Shown here: positions 22,950-35,056 of the stretch, piece after piece | How the letters are laid out: each line of letters begins with the position of its first letter | How positions within the stretch are numbered: the stretch's first letter is position 1 | NCBI RefSeq assembly: GCF_039654945.1 | Contig: NW_027361968.1 | Coordinates: 1,984,001-2,048,000 of the forward strand | Direction of reading: 5' to 3' | DNA: 64,000 nucleotides | DNA from: Dendrobates tinctorius | Taxonomy: Eukaryota | Position numbers and translations under genes: made by a program | Notes under the pieces: model-generated | Database searches by the model: none | Seen by the model: the letters and a program-made list of their open reading frames with translations, nothing else | Told to the model about the DNA's origin: nothing

Positions 22950-24370
22950 ACAATGTGTTTACACTCGGTGGATCCCTTGCGTTTATATTCAATGGATCTG
23001 TTGCGTGTTTGCACTCGGTGGATACATTACGTGTTTACATTCGGTGGATCTGTTGCGTGTTTTCACTGGGTGGATCTGTTGCGTGTTTTCAGTGGGTGGA
23101 TCTGTTGCGTGTTTTCACTGGGTGGATCTGTTGCGTGTTTTCACTGGGTGGATCTGTTGCGTGTTTTCACTGGGTGGATCTGTTGCGTGTTAGCACTCGG
23201 TGGATACATTACGTGTTTACATTCGGTTGATCTGTTGCGTGTTTTCCCTCGGTGGTATGTTGTGTTTGCCCTCGGTGGATCCATTGCGTGTTTTCCCTTG
23301 GTGGATATGTTGTGTTTGCCCTCGGTGGATCCGTTGCGTGTTTTCCCTTGGTGGATATGTTGTGTTTGCCTTCGGTGGATCTGTTGCGTGTTAGCACTCG
23401 GTGGATCCGTTGCGTGTTTGCACTCGGTGGATACATTACGTGTTTACATTCGGTTGATCTGTTGTGTGTTTTCCCTCGGTGGTATGTTGTGTTTGCCCTC
23501 GGTGGATCCGTTGCGTGTTTTCCCTTGGTGGATATGTTGTGTTTGCCCTTGGTGGATCCGTTGCGTGTTTTCCCTTGGTGGATATGTTGTGTTTGCCTTC
23601 GGTGGATATGTTGCGTGTTAGCACTCGGTGGATCCGTTGCGTGTTAGCACTCGGTGGATACATTACGTGTTTACATTCGGTTGATCTGTTGTGTGTTTTC
23701 CCTCGGTGGTATGTTGTGTTTGCCCACGGTGGATCCGTTGCGTGTTTTCCCTTGGTGGATATGTTGTGTTTGCCCTCGGTGGATCCGTTGCGTGTTTTCC
23801 CTTGGTGGATATGTTGTGTTTGCCCTCGGTGGATCCGTTGCGTGTTTTCCCTTGGTGGATATGTTGTGTTTGCCTTCGGTGGATCTGTTGCGTGTTAGCA
23901 CTCGGTGGATCCGTTGCGTGTTAGCACTCGGTGGATACATTACGTGTTTACATTCGGTTGATCTGTTGTGTGTTTTCCCTCGGTGGTATGCTGTGTTTGC
24001 CCTCGGTGGATCCGTTGCGTGTTTTCCCTTGGTGGATATGTTGTGTTTGCCCTCGGTGGATCCGTTGCGTGTTTTCCCTTGGTGGATATGTTGTGTTTGC
24101 CTTCGGTGGATATGTTGCGTGTTAGCACTTGGTGGATCCGTTGCGTGTTTTCCCTTGGTGGATATGTTGTGTTTGCCTTCGGTGGATATGTTGCGTGTTA
24201 GCACTTGGTGGATCCGTTGCGTGTTTGCTTTCGGTGGATCCGTTGCGTGTTTGCCCTCGGTGGATATGTTGCGTGTTAGCACTTGGTGAATACATTACGT
24301 GTTTACATTCGGTGGATATGTTGCGTGCTTATACTCGGTGGTTCCATTGCGTGTTTACACTCGGTGAGTA
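22950..24370. repeat. Complex minisatellite of 25-27-bp related units with a 227-bp higher-order period
   Basis: CGGTGGATC(C/T)GTTGCGTGTTT variants; blocks recur 227 bp apart (23209, 23436, 23663). Confidence 0.9.
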
Positions 24371-24558
24371 CAATGAAGCAGTTGGTGACCTCGGTCAGTT
24401 TTTGGGAATCTGCAGATGATTTGGGTCTCGTCAACCGCTCACTCTTTCCGTCATCACGGCTGCAGCACCAATGTGATCGTATATGATTTTCCCCGTAGTG
24501 ATCGGTGGGATTCTTGTGTTCGGTGACCTCCACATATTTCGTCTTTCAGGTCTGCAGG

Positions 24559-27500
24559 ATGGGATCCACATGGCAGGCAGCACAAGATTTCTACTTGTGG
24601 GCTCTAGAGAATGGAGGTAAAAAAAAACAACAACCCTCTCCCAATGCCGGGCAACGAGCGCCAAGGTTTGGAACTCCTCCTTTTGTGGGATGGCCATAGA
24701 CCCTTCCACTCTAGGATGGTGCCCAATAGTCACAGATGGCTCCTTGCTGTTTGTGGTGGCCTGCTGGTCCTGACCAGTACATATTTCTTTTTCCTGTTAT
24801 TTACAGACAGCCGCACGGACCCTTGGCTCCTCGTCTACTCGCCCGTCCCTGTCACCCTGATATTTGCCATCTACCTTATTCTTGTGGCCCTGGGCCCTAA
24901 AATAATGGAAGGACGGGAACCGTTTACCCTGCGCTCCGTCCTCCTGGTCTATAACCTGGCACTGGTGGGACTGTCAGCCTATATGTTCTATGAGGTGAGA
25001 CCAGACTGAGAATATAAACGGACCCCCCACCCCGTACCGTGCAGTCTATATACTCCACCCTGACCTACACGGACCCTCCACCCCGTACCATGCAGTCTAT
25101 ATGCTCTACCCTGACCTACACGGACCCTCCACCCCGTACCATGCAGTCTATATCCTCCACACTGACCTACACGGACCCTCCACCCCGTACCATGCAGTCT
25201 TTATACTCCACACTGACCTGCACTGACCCATCACCCCGTACCGTGCAGTCTATATACTCCATCCTGAGCTACACGGACCCCCCACCCCGTATCGTGCAGT
25301 CTATATACTCCACCCTGATCTACACGGACCCTCCACCCCGTACCGTGCAGTCTATATACTCCACCCTGACCTACACAGACCCTCCACCCTGTACCGTGCA
25401 GTCTCTATACTCCACCCTGATCTACACGGACCCTCCACCCCGTACCGTGCAGTCTCTATACTCCACCCTGATCTACACGGACCCTCCACCCCGTACCGTG
25501 CAGTCTATATACTCCACCCTGACCTACACAGACCCTCCACCCTGTACCGTGCAGTCTCTATACTCCACCCTGACCTACACAGACCCTCCACCCTGTACCG
25601 TGCAGTCTCTATACTCCACCCTGACCTACACAGACCCTCCACCCTGTACCGTGCAGTCTCTATACTCCACCCTGACCTACACAGACCCTCCACCCTGTAC
25701 CGTGCAGTCTCTATACTCCACCCTGACCTACACGGACCCTCCACCCTGTACCGTGCAGTCTCTATACTCCACCCTGACCTACACAGACCCTCCACCCTGT
25801 ACCGTGCAGTCTCTATACTCCACCCTGACCTACACGGACCCTCCACCCCGTACCATGCAGTCTATATACTCCACACTGACCTACATGGACCCTCCACCCC
25901 ATACCATGCAGTCTATATACTCCACACTGACCTGCACTGACCCATCACCCCGTACCGTGCAGTCTATATACTCCACACTGACCTACACGGACCCTCCACC
26001 CCGTACCGTGCAGTCTATATACTCCATCCTGAGCTACACGGACCCCCCACCCCGTATCGTGCAGTCTATATACTCCACCCTGACCTATACGGACCCTCCA
26101 CCCCGTACCATGCAGTCTATATACTCCACACTGACCTACACGGACCCTCCACCCCGTACCATGCAGTCTATATACTCCACCCTGACCTACACGGACCCTC
26201 CACCCCGTACCATGCAGTCTATATACTCCACACTGACCTACACAAACCCTCCACCCCGTACCGTGCAGTCTATATACTCCACCCTGACCTGCACTGACCC
26301 ATCACCCCGTACCGTGCAGTCTATATACTCCATCCTGAGCTACACGGACCCCCCACCCCGTATCGTGCAGTCTATATACTCCACCCTGACCTACACGGAC
26401 CCTCCACCCCGTACCATGCAGTCTATATACTCCACACTGACCTGCACTGACCCATCACCCCGTACCGTGCAGTCTATATACTCCATCCTGAGCTACACGG
26501 ACCCCCCACCCCGTATTGTGCAGTCTATATACTCCACCCTGACCTACACAGACCCTCCACCCTGTACCGTGCAGTCTCTATACTCCACCCTGACCTACAC
26601 GGACCCTCCACCCAGTGCCGTGCAGTCTTTATACTCCACTCTGACCTACATGGACCCTCCACCCCGTACCGTGCAGTCTATATACTCCATCCTGAGCTAC
26701 ACGGACCCCCCACCCCGTATTGTGCAGTCTATATACTCCACCCTGACCTACACAGACCCTCCACCCTGTACCGTGCAGTCTCTATACTCCACCCTGACCT
26801 ACACGGACCCTCCACCCAGTGCCGTGCAGTCTTTATACTCCACTCTGACCTACATGGACCCTCCACCCCGTACCGTGCAGTCTATATACTCCACCCTGAT
26901 CTACACGGACCCTCCACCCCGTACCGTGATCTCTACATTCTTAGATTTGCTTTCCGCACATTCTCTGATTTTTTTTCCTGATTCCTTGTGCTTCTTCTCA
27001 GTTCCTCGTGACATCGGTGCTGGCGGGGTACAGCTACTTCTGTCAGCCGGTGGACTACAGTAACAGTAAGCTTGGCCTACGGGTGAGTATAACACAAGTT
27101 GCATGTGGTGTCATCGCTGGTCAGTGATCCGCTGGTTAGTGGTTCGCTGGTCAGTGGTTTGCTCGTCAGTGGTCTGCTGGGTCGGAGTACTGTGTTCGGG
27201 GTGATGAGTCTTCCCCATGATTCTGTCTCATAGATGGCGAGGGTCTGCTGGTGGTTCTTCTTCTCAAAAGTGATTGAACTTCTTGACACGGTGAGGATGG
27301 CGGCCGCGTCGGTCACTTCTCTCTCCATTTTCCTCTTTCTTTATCTCTCATTCACTGTACAAAATTAAGGAATTAAGGATCTTCAATATCTAAAGATGTA
27401 TGGAGGTGTCCTAACTTACCCCGGCTGTAGGTGTTGGAGAAAAGAAGATTGGACATGTTGGGGTTCACAAGGAATAGATGAAACTGGTGGAGGACAGAGG

Positions 27501-30500
27501 GGTCTGGAGGAGGAGGGCAGAGGGGTCTGGAAGAGGAGAGCAGAGGAGTCTGGAGGAGGAGGACAGAGGGGTTTGGATGAAGAGGGCAGAGGAGCCTGAG
27601 AAGGAGGAGGACAGAGGGGTCAGGATGATGAGGAGGCAGGGGATTTAGGGGTCTGGAGGAGGGGAATAAAATAGGACAGGGGAGTGTGGAGGGGGAGAAC
27701 AGAAGAGTCGAGGAGGGCAGATGGGTCCAGAGGAGGACAGAGAGATCTGGATTAGGAGGACAGAGGGATCCGGAGGAAGAGGATAAAGGGGTCAGGAGGA
27801 GGACAAGGGGTATGGAGGAGGAGGAGGTTAACAGAGGAGTGTGGAGGAGGAGAGGGACAGAGGAATCTGGAGGAGGGAGATTATATAGTGCAGTGTATCA
27901 GGCACCTGCTTGATCTCTGTTATCTTCTCTGCACCCCCTATAAATAGAACACCACAACGCAGACGGCGACAACCCTGGCACACGGTGCAAACACGTTTCC
28001 TGCAGCGGTGCTCCAGGTGCGCCGAACGTCTGTGGAGAAAATCCAATCTACACGAAGATTTCATCCATTTTAAGTTTATGCTTAGAACATACAACACTGC
28101 CCTTCACCTCTCCAAACAAACCTATTTCAACATCCTCATCATCTCACTGTCCAATAACCCGAAACGTCTCTTTGACACTTTTCATTCTCTACTCAATCCA
28201 AGAGTACAGGCCCCAACCACGGAGCTCCGAGCTGACGATCTGGCCAATTACTTCAAAGAAAAAATTGACCAGATCCGACAGGAAATTATCTCCAAATCCC
28301 CTCATACCATGCACTGTCCTCCCTCCCCCACTGCATCTAACTCACTCTCTGATTTTGAACCAGTCACAGAAGAAGAAGTAAGCAGGCTCCTTGCATCTTC
28401 TCGCCCAACTACTTGCACCAGTGACCCATTTCCGTCACATCTCCTCCAGTCCCTTTCCCCTGCTGTCACCCCTCACCTAACTAAAATATTTAACCTCTCT
28501 CTCTCTTCTGGTATTTTTCCCTCCTCATTTAAGCATGCCATCATACATCCACTACTTAAAAAACCAACCCTCGACCAAAACTGTGCCGCTAACTATAGAC
28601 CTGTCTCTAATCTTCTCTTCATCTCTAAACTCCTGGAACGCCTGGTCCACTCCCGTCTTATCCGCTATCTCTCAGAAAACTCTGTTCTCGACCCTCTCCA
28701 ATCCGGTTTCCGCTCTTTACACTCCACTGAAACTGCCCTCACTAAAGTCTCTAATGATCTGCTAACAGCTAAATCAAATGGTCATTACTCCATGCTAATT
28801 CTCTTGGATCTCTCTGCAGCATTCGACACTGTGGATCATCAGCTCCTCCTCACTATGCTCCATTCCATTGGCCTCAAGGACACCGTTCTCTCCTGGTTCT
28901 CCTCCTATCTCTCCGACCGCTCCTTTACTGTTTCTTTTGCCGGTTCCTCCTCCTCCCATCTTCCCCTTACTGTTGGGGTTCCTCAAGGATCGGTTCTAGG
29001 CCCCCTCCTCTTCTCCTTGTACACTGCCCCTATTGGTCAAACAATCAGTAGATTTGGTTTCCAGTACCATCTCTATGCTGATGACACCCAATTATACGCT
29101 TCTTCTCCTGACATCACGCCTGCCTTTCTAGAAAACACTGGCGATTGTCTAAACGCTGTGTCTAATATCATGTCCTCACTATATCTGAAACTGAACCTGT
29201 CAAAGACTGAACTCCTGGTGTTTCCTCCCGCTACTAATGCACCTATACCCGACATTGCCATTTCTGTCTGTGGTTCCACTATTACTCCCCAGCAACATGC
29301 CCACTGTCTTGGGGTCATACTTGATTCCGAGCTTTCCTTTGCCCCCCACATTCGATCACTGGCTCGCTCTTGTCATCTGCACCTCAAAAACATTTCTAGA
29401 ATTCGACCTTTTCTTACTTTTGACTCTGCAAAAACTCTTACTGTTTCTCTTATTCATTCTCGTCTCAACTATTGTAACTCTCTTCTAATCGGTCTCCCTC
29501 TTACCAAACTCTCCCCTCTCCAATCTGTCTTGAATGCTGCAGCCAGGATCATATTCCTCACCAATCGTTACACCGATGCCTCTACCTTGTGCCAGTCATT
29601 ACACTGGCTACCCATCCACTCCAGAATTCAGTATAAACTTATTACCCTCACCCACAAAGCCCTCCATGGCTCAGCACCACCCTACATCTCCTCCCTTGTT
29701 TCAGTATACTACCCTACCCGCGCCCTCCGTTCTGCTGATGACCTGAGGTTAGTATCCTCAATAGTCAGAACCTCCCACTCCCGTCTCCAAGACTTTACAC
29801 GTGCCGCGCCAATTCTTTGGAATGCACTTCCCAGGTCAATACGATTAGTCCCCAATCCCCACAATTTTAAGCGTGTCCTGAAAACGCATTTATTCAGACT
29901 GGCCTATCGCCTCAACACATTAACCTAATCTATCCCTGTGTGGCACAGCCAAAAGTTTTACCATAACCAGGTTCCCAGCATCATGTTCCCACATGCTTTA
30001 TGCATCCATTAGCCCTCTGTGTCTGTACTGTTACACACTTAACACTATGGCTGGTCCATACAATCAGGGCAACTGTTACCACCCACCTTTCGTGTCTCCC
30101 TCTTTCCTCATAGACTGTAAGCTTGCGAGCAGGGCCCTCATTCCTCTTGGTATTTGTTATAATCTATGTGATTATTGTTATGCTGTAATGTCTATTGTCT
30201 GTACAAATCCCCTCTGAAATGTAAAGTGCTGCGGAATATGTCAGCGCTATAAAAATAAAATTTATTATTATTATTATTATTATTCTCTCTGCAGATTTTC
30301 TTCATTATGAGAAAGAAGTTCAATCAGATCTCGTTCCTCCACGTTTATCACCACGGCACCATGATCTTCAACTGGTGGGCGGGGGTGAAGTACGTGGCCG
30401 GTGGTCAGGGTGAGTGTGTACCCCAGTATCTTGCTGGCCTGACCCCACATTCCCAACTTTAACTCTTTGTGAGAGTCATACTGAATAACCCTCGGTCTTG

Positions 30501-33500
30501 GCTGCATCGCTTTCATGTGTCTATGGGGCAGAGATGTAGAGGTCTCTGTGCTGGGAGAATTGCACTTTTCTGCCACCAAACAAGGAGCTTCTCACAACAT
30601 TAGAATATCATCAAAAAGTGAATTTATTTCAGTTCTCCAATACAGACAGTGACTCTCCTCTATTCTATAGAGTCATTACACACAGAGTGATCTATGTCAC
30701 GGGTTTATTTCTGGTAATGTTGATGATTATGGCTTACAGCCAATGAAAACTCAAAAGTCATTATCTCAGGAAATTAGAATACTTTATAACACCAGCTTGA
30801 AAAATGATTGTAAAATCTGAAATGTCGGCCTACTGAAATCTATGATCAGTAAATGTATTCAGTACTTGGTCAGGCTCCTTCTGCATCAATTACTGCATCA
30901 ATGCGGCGTGGCATGGAGGCGATCAGCCTGTGGCACTGCTGAGGGGTTATGGAAGCCCAGGTCGCTTTGATAGCAGCCTTCAGCTCGTCTGCATTGTTGG
31001 GTCTGGTGTCTCTCATCTTCCTCTTGACAATACTCCATAGATTCTCTATGGGGTTAAGGTCAGGCGAGTTTGCTGCCAATCAAGCCCAGTGATACTGTTG
31101 TGTGTACACCAGGTGTTGGTACTTTTGGCTGTGTGGACAGGGGCCGAGTCCTGCTGGAGAATGACATTTCCATATCCATAAAGCTTGTCGGCAGAGGGAA
31201 GAATGAAGAGTTCTAAAATGTCCTGGTAGACTTTGGTCTTGATAAAACACAGTGGACCTACACCAGCAGATGACATGGCTCCCCAAACCATCACTGATTG
31301 TGGAGACTTCACACTAGACCTCCAGCAGCTTGGATTGTGGCCTCTCCACTGTTCCTCCAGACTCTGGGACCACTGACAACAGTCCGGTTCTTCTTCTCCT
31401 CGGCCCAGTTAAGACGCTTCTGGCGTTGTCTATTGGTCATGAGTGGCTGACACAAGGAATGTGACACTTGTAGCCCATGTCCTGGAGACGTCTGTGTGTG
31501 GTGTGAAGCAATGACTCCAGCAGCAGTCCGCTCCTTGTGAATCTCCCCCACATTACTGAATGGCCTTTCCTTAACAATCCTTTCCAGGCAGCGTTTATCC
31601 CAGTGAATTGTGCACCTTTTTCTACCACACTTTTTCCTTCCACTCCACTTCCCATTAATATTCTTGGATCCAGCACTCTGTGAACAGCCGGCTTCTTTAC
31701 CAATGACCTTTTGTGGCTTCCCCTCCTTGTGGAGGGTGTCAGTGACTGCCTTCTGGACATCTGTCAGGTCAGCAGTCTTCCCCATGATTGTGGAGCTACT
31801 GAAACAGACTAAGGGACCTTTATAAATGCTTAGGAGCCTTTACAGGGGTTTATTGTTAATTATTCTAATTTCCTGAGATAATGACTTTTGGGTTTTCATT
31901 GGCTGTAAGCCATAATTATCAACATCACCAGAAATAAACCCGTGACATAGATCCCTCTGTGTGTAATGACTCTATAGAATAGAAGAGAGTCACTTTATGT
32001 ATTGAAGAACTGAAATAAATTCACTTTTCAGTGATATTCTAATTTAGTGAGAAGCACCTGTACAAACAGTAGAATCCAGAAGTTTCCATCCACTATATAT
32101 AAAGACACATTTCATGTTTTTCTCAATATCTGACGTGAAATCAGAATAAACCTTTCCCGTTTTAGGATAATTAGGATTACCACAGTTATTAGTATTTACC
32201 AAATGTCAGAATAATATGCGAGAGACAGAGAATGTTTTAAGGCATTTTTATTACTGCAAAGTCTGAAGCTTCCATAAACTAAGATTACTAAGCCTTTACA
32301 CTATTCTGGACTGCCCACATGATGATGTCAGGTGTTTTGAAGCCTCTAATAGGTTTTTTTACAACATCAGGGTTAATTAGATACACACCTGTGGATGTAT
32401 TTTAATGCACACCTGAAACACACTGCTTCTTTGTGTAGTATCATGGGAAAGTCTCAACAAATCAGCCAAGATATCAGGCAGAGAATTGTGGACTTGCACA
32501 AGTCTGGCTCATGCTTGGGTACAATTTCAGGATACCTGAAGGCGCCTCGTTCATCTGTACAAACAAGATGGGAACGTCCAACCATCATACCGCTCAGGAA
32601 GGAGATGGGTTCTGTGTCCCAGAGATGAACGTGCTTTGGTCCGACATGTGCATATCAACCCAAGGACAAAAGCAAAATACCTTGTGAAGATGATGACGGA
32701 AGCTGGTAAGATTGTGTCAATATCCACAGTGAAACGAGGACTGTATCAACATGGACTGAAAGGCCTCTCTGCCAGGAAGAAGCCATTACTCCAAAAGAAA
32801 AATAAAAATCCAGATTAATGTTTGCAAATGCACACAGGAACAAAGACCTAAATTGTTGGAGACGTTTCCTGTGGTCTGATGAATCTAATTTTTAGGGCAT
32901 AGTGACCATCGTTACATTTGGAGGAAAAAGGGAGAAGCTTAGAAGCCTAAGAATACCATCCCAACTGTGAAACACAGGGGAGGCAGCATCATGCTGTGTG
33001 GTTGTTTTGCTGCAGGAGGGACTGGTGCACTTCACAAAATATATGGCATCATGAGAGAAGAAGATTATGTGGCAATACTGAAGAAACAGCTCAAGACATC
33101 AGCCAGGAAGTAAAAGCTTTGGCGAAAAAGGTTCTTCCAAATGGACAATGACCTGAAGCATAGTGCCAAAATGGTAACCAAGTGGCTGAAGGATAACAAA
33201 GTCAACATTCTGGAGCGGCCATCACAAAGTCCTGATCTCAATCTTATGGAAAAAAGCAGAAAAGGCTGGTGCGAGCTACGTGACATACAAACCTGGATCA
33301 ATTACACCAGTGTTGTCAGGAGGAACGGGCCCAAATTCCGTCCAACTATTGTGAGAAGCTTGTGGAAGGAGAACCCAAACATCTAACCCAAGTCACTCAG
33401 TGTAAGGGCAATGGCACCAAATACTAATGAAATGGATGGAAACCAGGCTGTGCAGTAAGTAATAAAAATGGCTTAAAACATTCTCTCTCTCCTTATTCTG

Positions 33501-34206
33501 GCACTTGCCAAATATTAATAATTATGGTAATTCTAATTGTCCTAAAAGGGGAACATTTTATTCTGATTTCATGTCAGGTATTGAGAAAAACATGAAAAGT
33601 GTCTTTATATATAGTGGATGGAACCTTCTGGTGTCAGCCGTACATGTAACTTCCCTCTCTTGTCTCCTCAGCCTTTTTCATCGGGATGCTGAACTCCTTT
33701 GTCCACACCTTCATGTACCTGTATTACGCTCTCTCTGTCCTGGGGCCATCGGTGCAGAAATATCTGTGGTGGAAGCGACACCTGACGATGCTCCAGCTGG
33801 TAACACGAGGACTCGGCCAGAAATGGCGCCGATACGAGCAGCGTTCCATCACTATGACACGTCCTGTTATGACGTCGTCCTTGGTCACACGGTTATAATG
33901 ACATTGTCGTTTATTATATCACATTGGGATCATGGAACTTATGAGAATGTCATGTCACTATATTACACGTCGTGCCGCCCCCGCAGCCCACGATAATCAC
34001 CGGTATAATGACGTGCTCGTGTCTTTTTCCCGTAGACGCAGTTTGCTGCCATCGCTCTTCACTCCGGGTACAACCTCTTCACAGACTGTCCGTTCCCGGA
34101 CGGCTTTAATTTGGCCGTCTTCACCTACATCGTCACCCTCATCATCCTCTTCCTTAACTTCTACTACCAGACCTACCTCCGCCGCCCCCACAAGAAGAAG
34201 CTCTGA
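24559..34206 (+). CDS. elovl8: Very-long-chain fatty acid elongase, ELOVL8-type (often annotated ELOVL4-like), 265 aa, 7 coding exons
   Basis: Exons 24559-24616, 24807-24994, 27002-27082, 27234-27290, 30295-30409, 33672-33799 and 34036-34206 total 798 nt, in frame. ELO motifs [35 protein letters not shown] and a C-terminal KKKL ER-retrieval signal. [18 protein letters not shown] and [19 protein letters not shown] match elovl8 as I recall it. ELOVL family is certain; the paralog call is less so. Confidence 0.88.
25016..26928. repeat. 51-bp tandem repeat, ~37 copies, filling elovl8 coding intron 2
   Basis: Unit ACGGACCCTCCACCCCGTACCGTGCAGTCTATATACTCCACCCTGACCTAC; gives a 17-aa periodic spurious ORF. 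Confidence 0.95.
27470..27880. repeat. GA-rich low-complexity / degenerate repeat
   Basis: Recurrent GGAGGAGGACAGAGGGGTCT-like units. Confidence 0.8.
27925..30283 (+). mobile_element. 5'-truncated L2-clade (CR1/L2 group) LINE with an uninterrupted RT ORF (to 29928) and a (TTA)n tail
   Basis: RT motifs [50 protein letters not shown]2-type C-terminus LHWLP..RI.YK, WNALP, FK..LKTHLF. 3' UTR ends AATAAAA-(TTA)n. Confidence 0.95.
30581..32060 (-). mobile_element. Degenerate Tc1-family transposon with long TIRs
   Basis: TIRs GCTTCTCAC..ATTAGAATATCA / TGATATTCTAATTTAGTGAGAAGCACCTG|TA. Minus-strand transposase fragments MGKTADLT.., [28 protein letters not shown]. Confidence 0.92.
32076..33630 (+). 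mobile_element. Degenerate Tc1-family transposon (different family), adjacent to the previous one
   Basis: TIRs CCAGAAGTTTCCATCCACTATATATAAAGACAC / GTGTCTTTATATATAGTGGATGGAACCTTCTGG. Fragments [36 protein letters not shown]. Confidence 0.9.
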
Positions 34207-34416
34207 GCCCTCAGGGGCCACAATTTACTGACTGGAGGCATGTGGGAAGAAAGTGCGTTATCAGGGGCCCCAGCGCAAGGGCCACAGCTCCTCCAATAAC
34301 CCGGGGTTCAGTGTCATTCCTGCCCATGTCATAGGATGATATCTGCAAATATCGTAGTGTCTGCAGATCATGTGACTGAGGAGCCGAGGCCCCGCCCCCG
34401 AGGAGATCACTACATC

Positions 34417-34422
34417 AATAAA
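34417..34422 (+). promoter_or_regulatory. Probable elovl8 polyadenylation signal
   Basis: AATAAA ~210 nt after the stop codon. Confidence 0.6.
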
Positions 34423-35056
34423 TGCTTTTTTATGTATCACGTGTGCTCTGATGACTTGGTGTGTATCGTACAGGCTCGATATGTCACAAAAACTCCAGCT
34501 GATGGAGCATATTAATGCAAAGATCAGGTGATCGAGGTCGATCACCGCCTCTGGGGATCATACAGCTACTTCTATCCAGTTATTAACCATCTCTAGACTA
34601 GTGATGCATCATTACATGTAATATCGGTGATAACTCGGGTATGTGCCTCTTATATAACAGCACGGCCACCGGAGGTCACAGGACAAGGTCTCCAGGAGGC
34701 CACGGGTCGCCGCTGACCTCACCAGCACTCTGATCGGAATAATACATCATCTTGTGTAACGATGATAATGACGTCTCCTCTCTGCTGTATTTACTACAGG
34801 CCATAAAGCAAAGCGAGCTGGACTGTAGAAGACAAACTTACGGCTCAAAGGTTATTAAAGGAGCAATATTAACCGGTTCACTGTCTCAGACGTCATGAAG
34901 TTATATTCTGTGTCTTACCTTGTGCTGCAAGATGAGGAAATTGACGTGATGTGATCGCTGGGCAACCCGGGATCAACTAGTAATCATTGTCACAGCGCCC
35001 CCAAATGGTGAAGCCACAACCTATCACAGTCTACTCAGCGTGTTATCCAAAGTATG

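Noticed and set aside
22931-24486. Cys/Trp-rich hydrophobic ORFs
   Set aside because: Translations of the 25-27-bp minisatellite in several frames.
25039-27063. 674-aa ORF with a 17-aa T/P/S/Y-rich repeat (mucin-like)
   Set aside because: It arises from a 51-bp intronic repeat (a multiple of 3) that lacks stops in one frame. Read-through from elovl8 exon 2 stops at 25009, and the ORF enters exon 3 out of frame.
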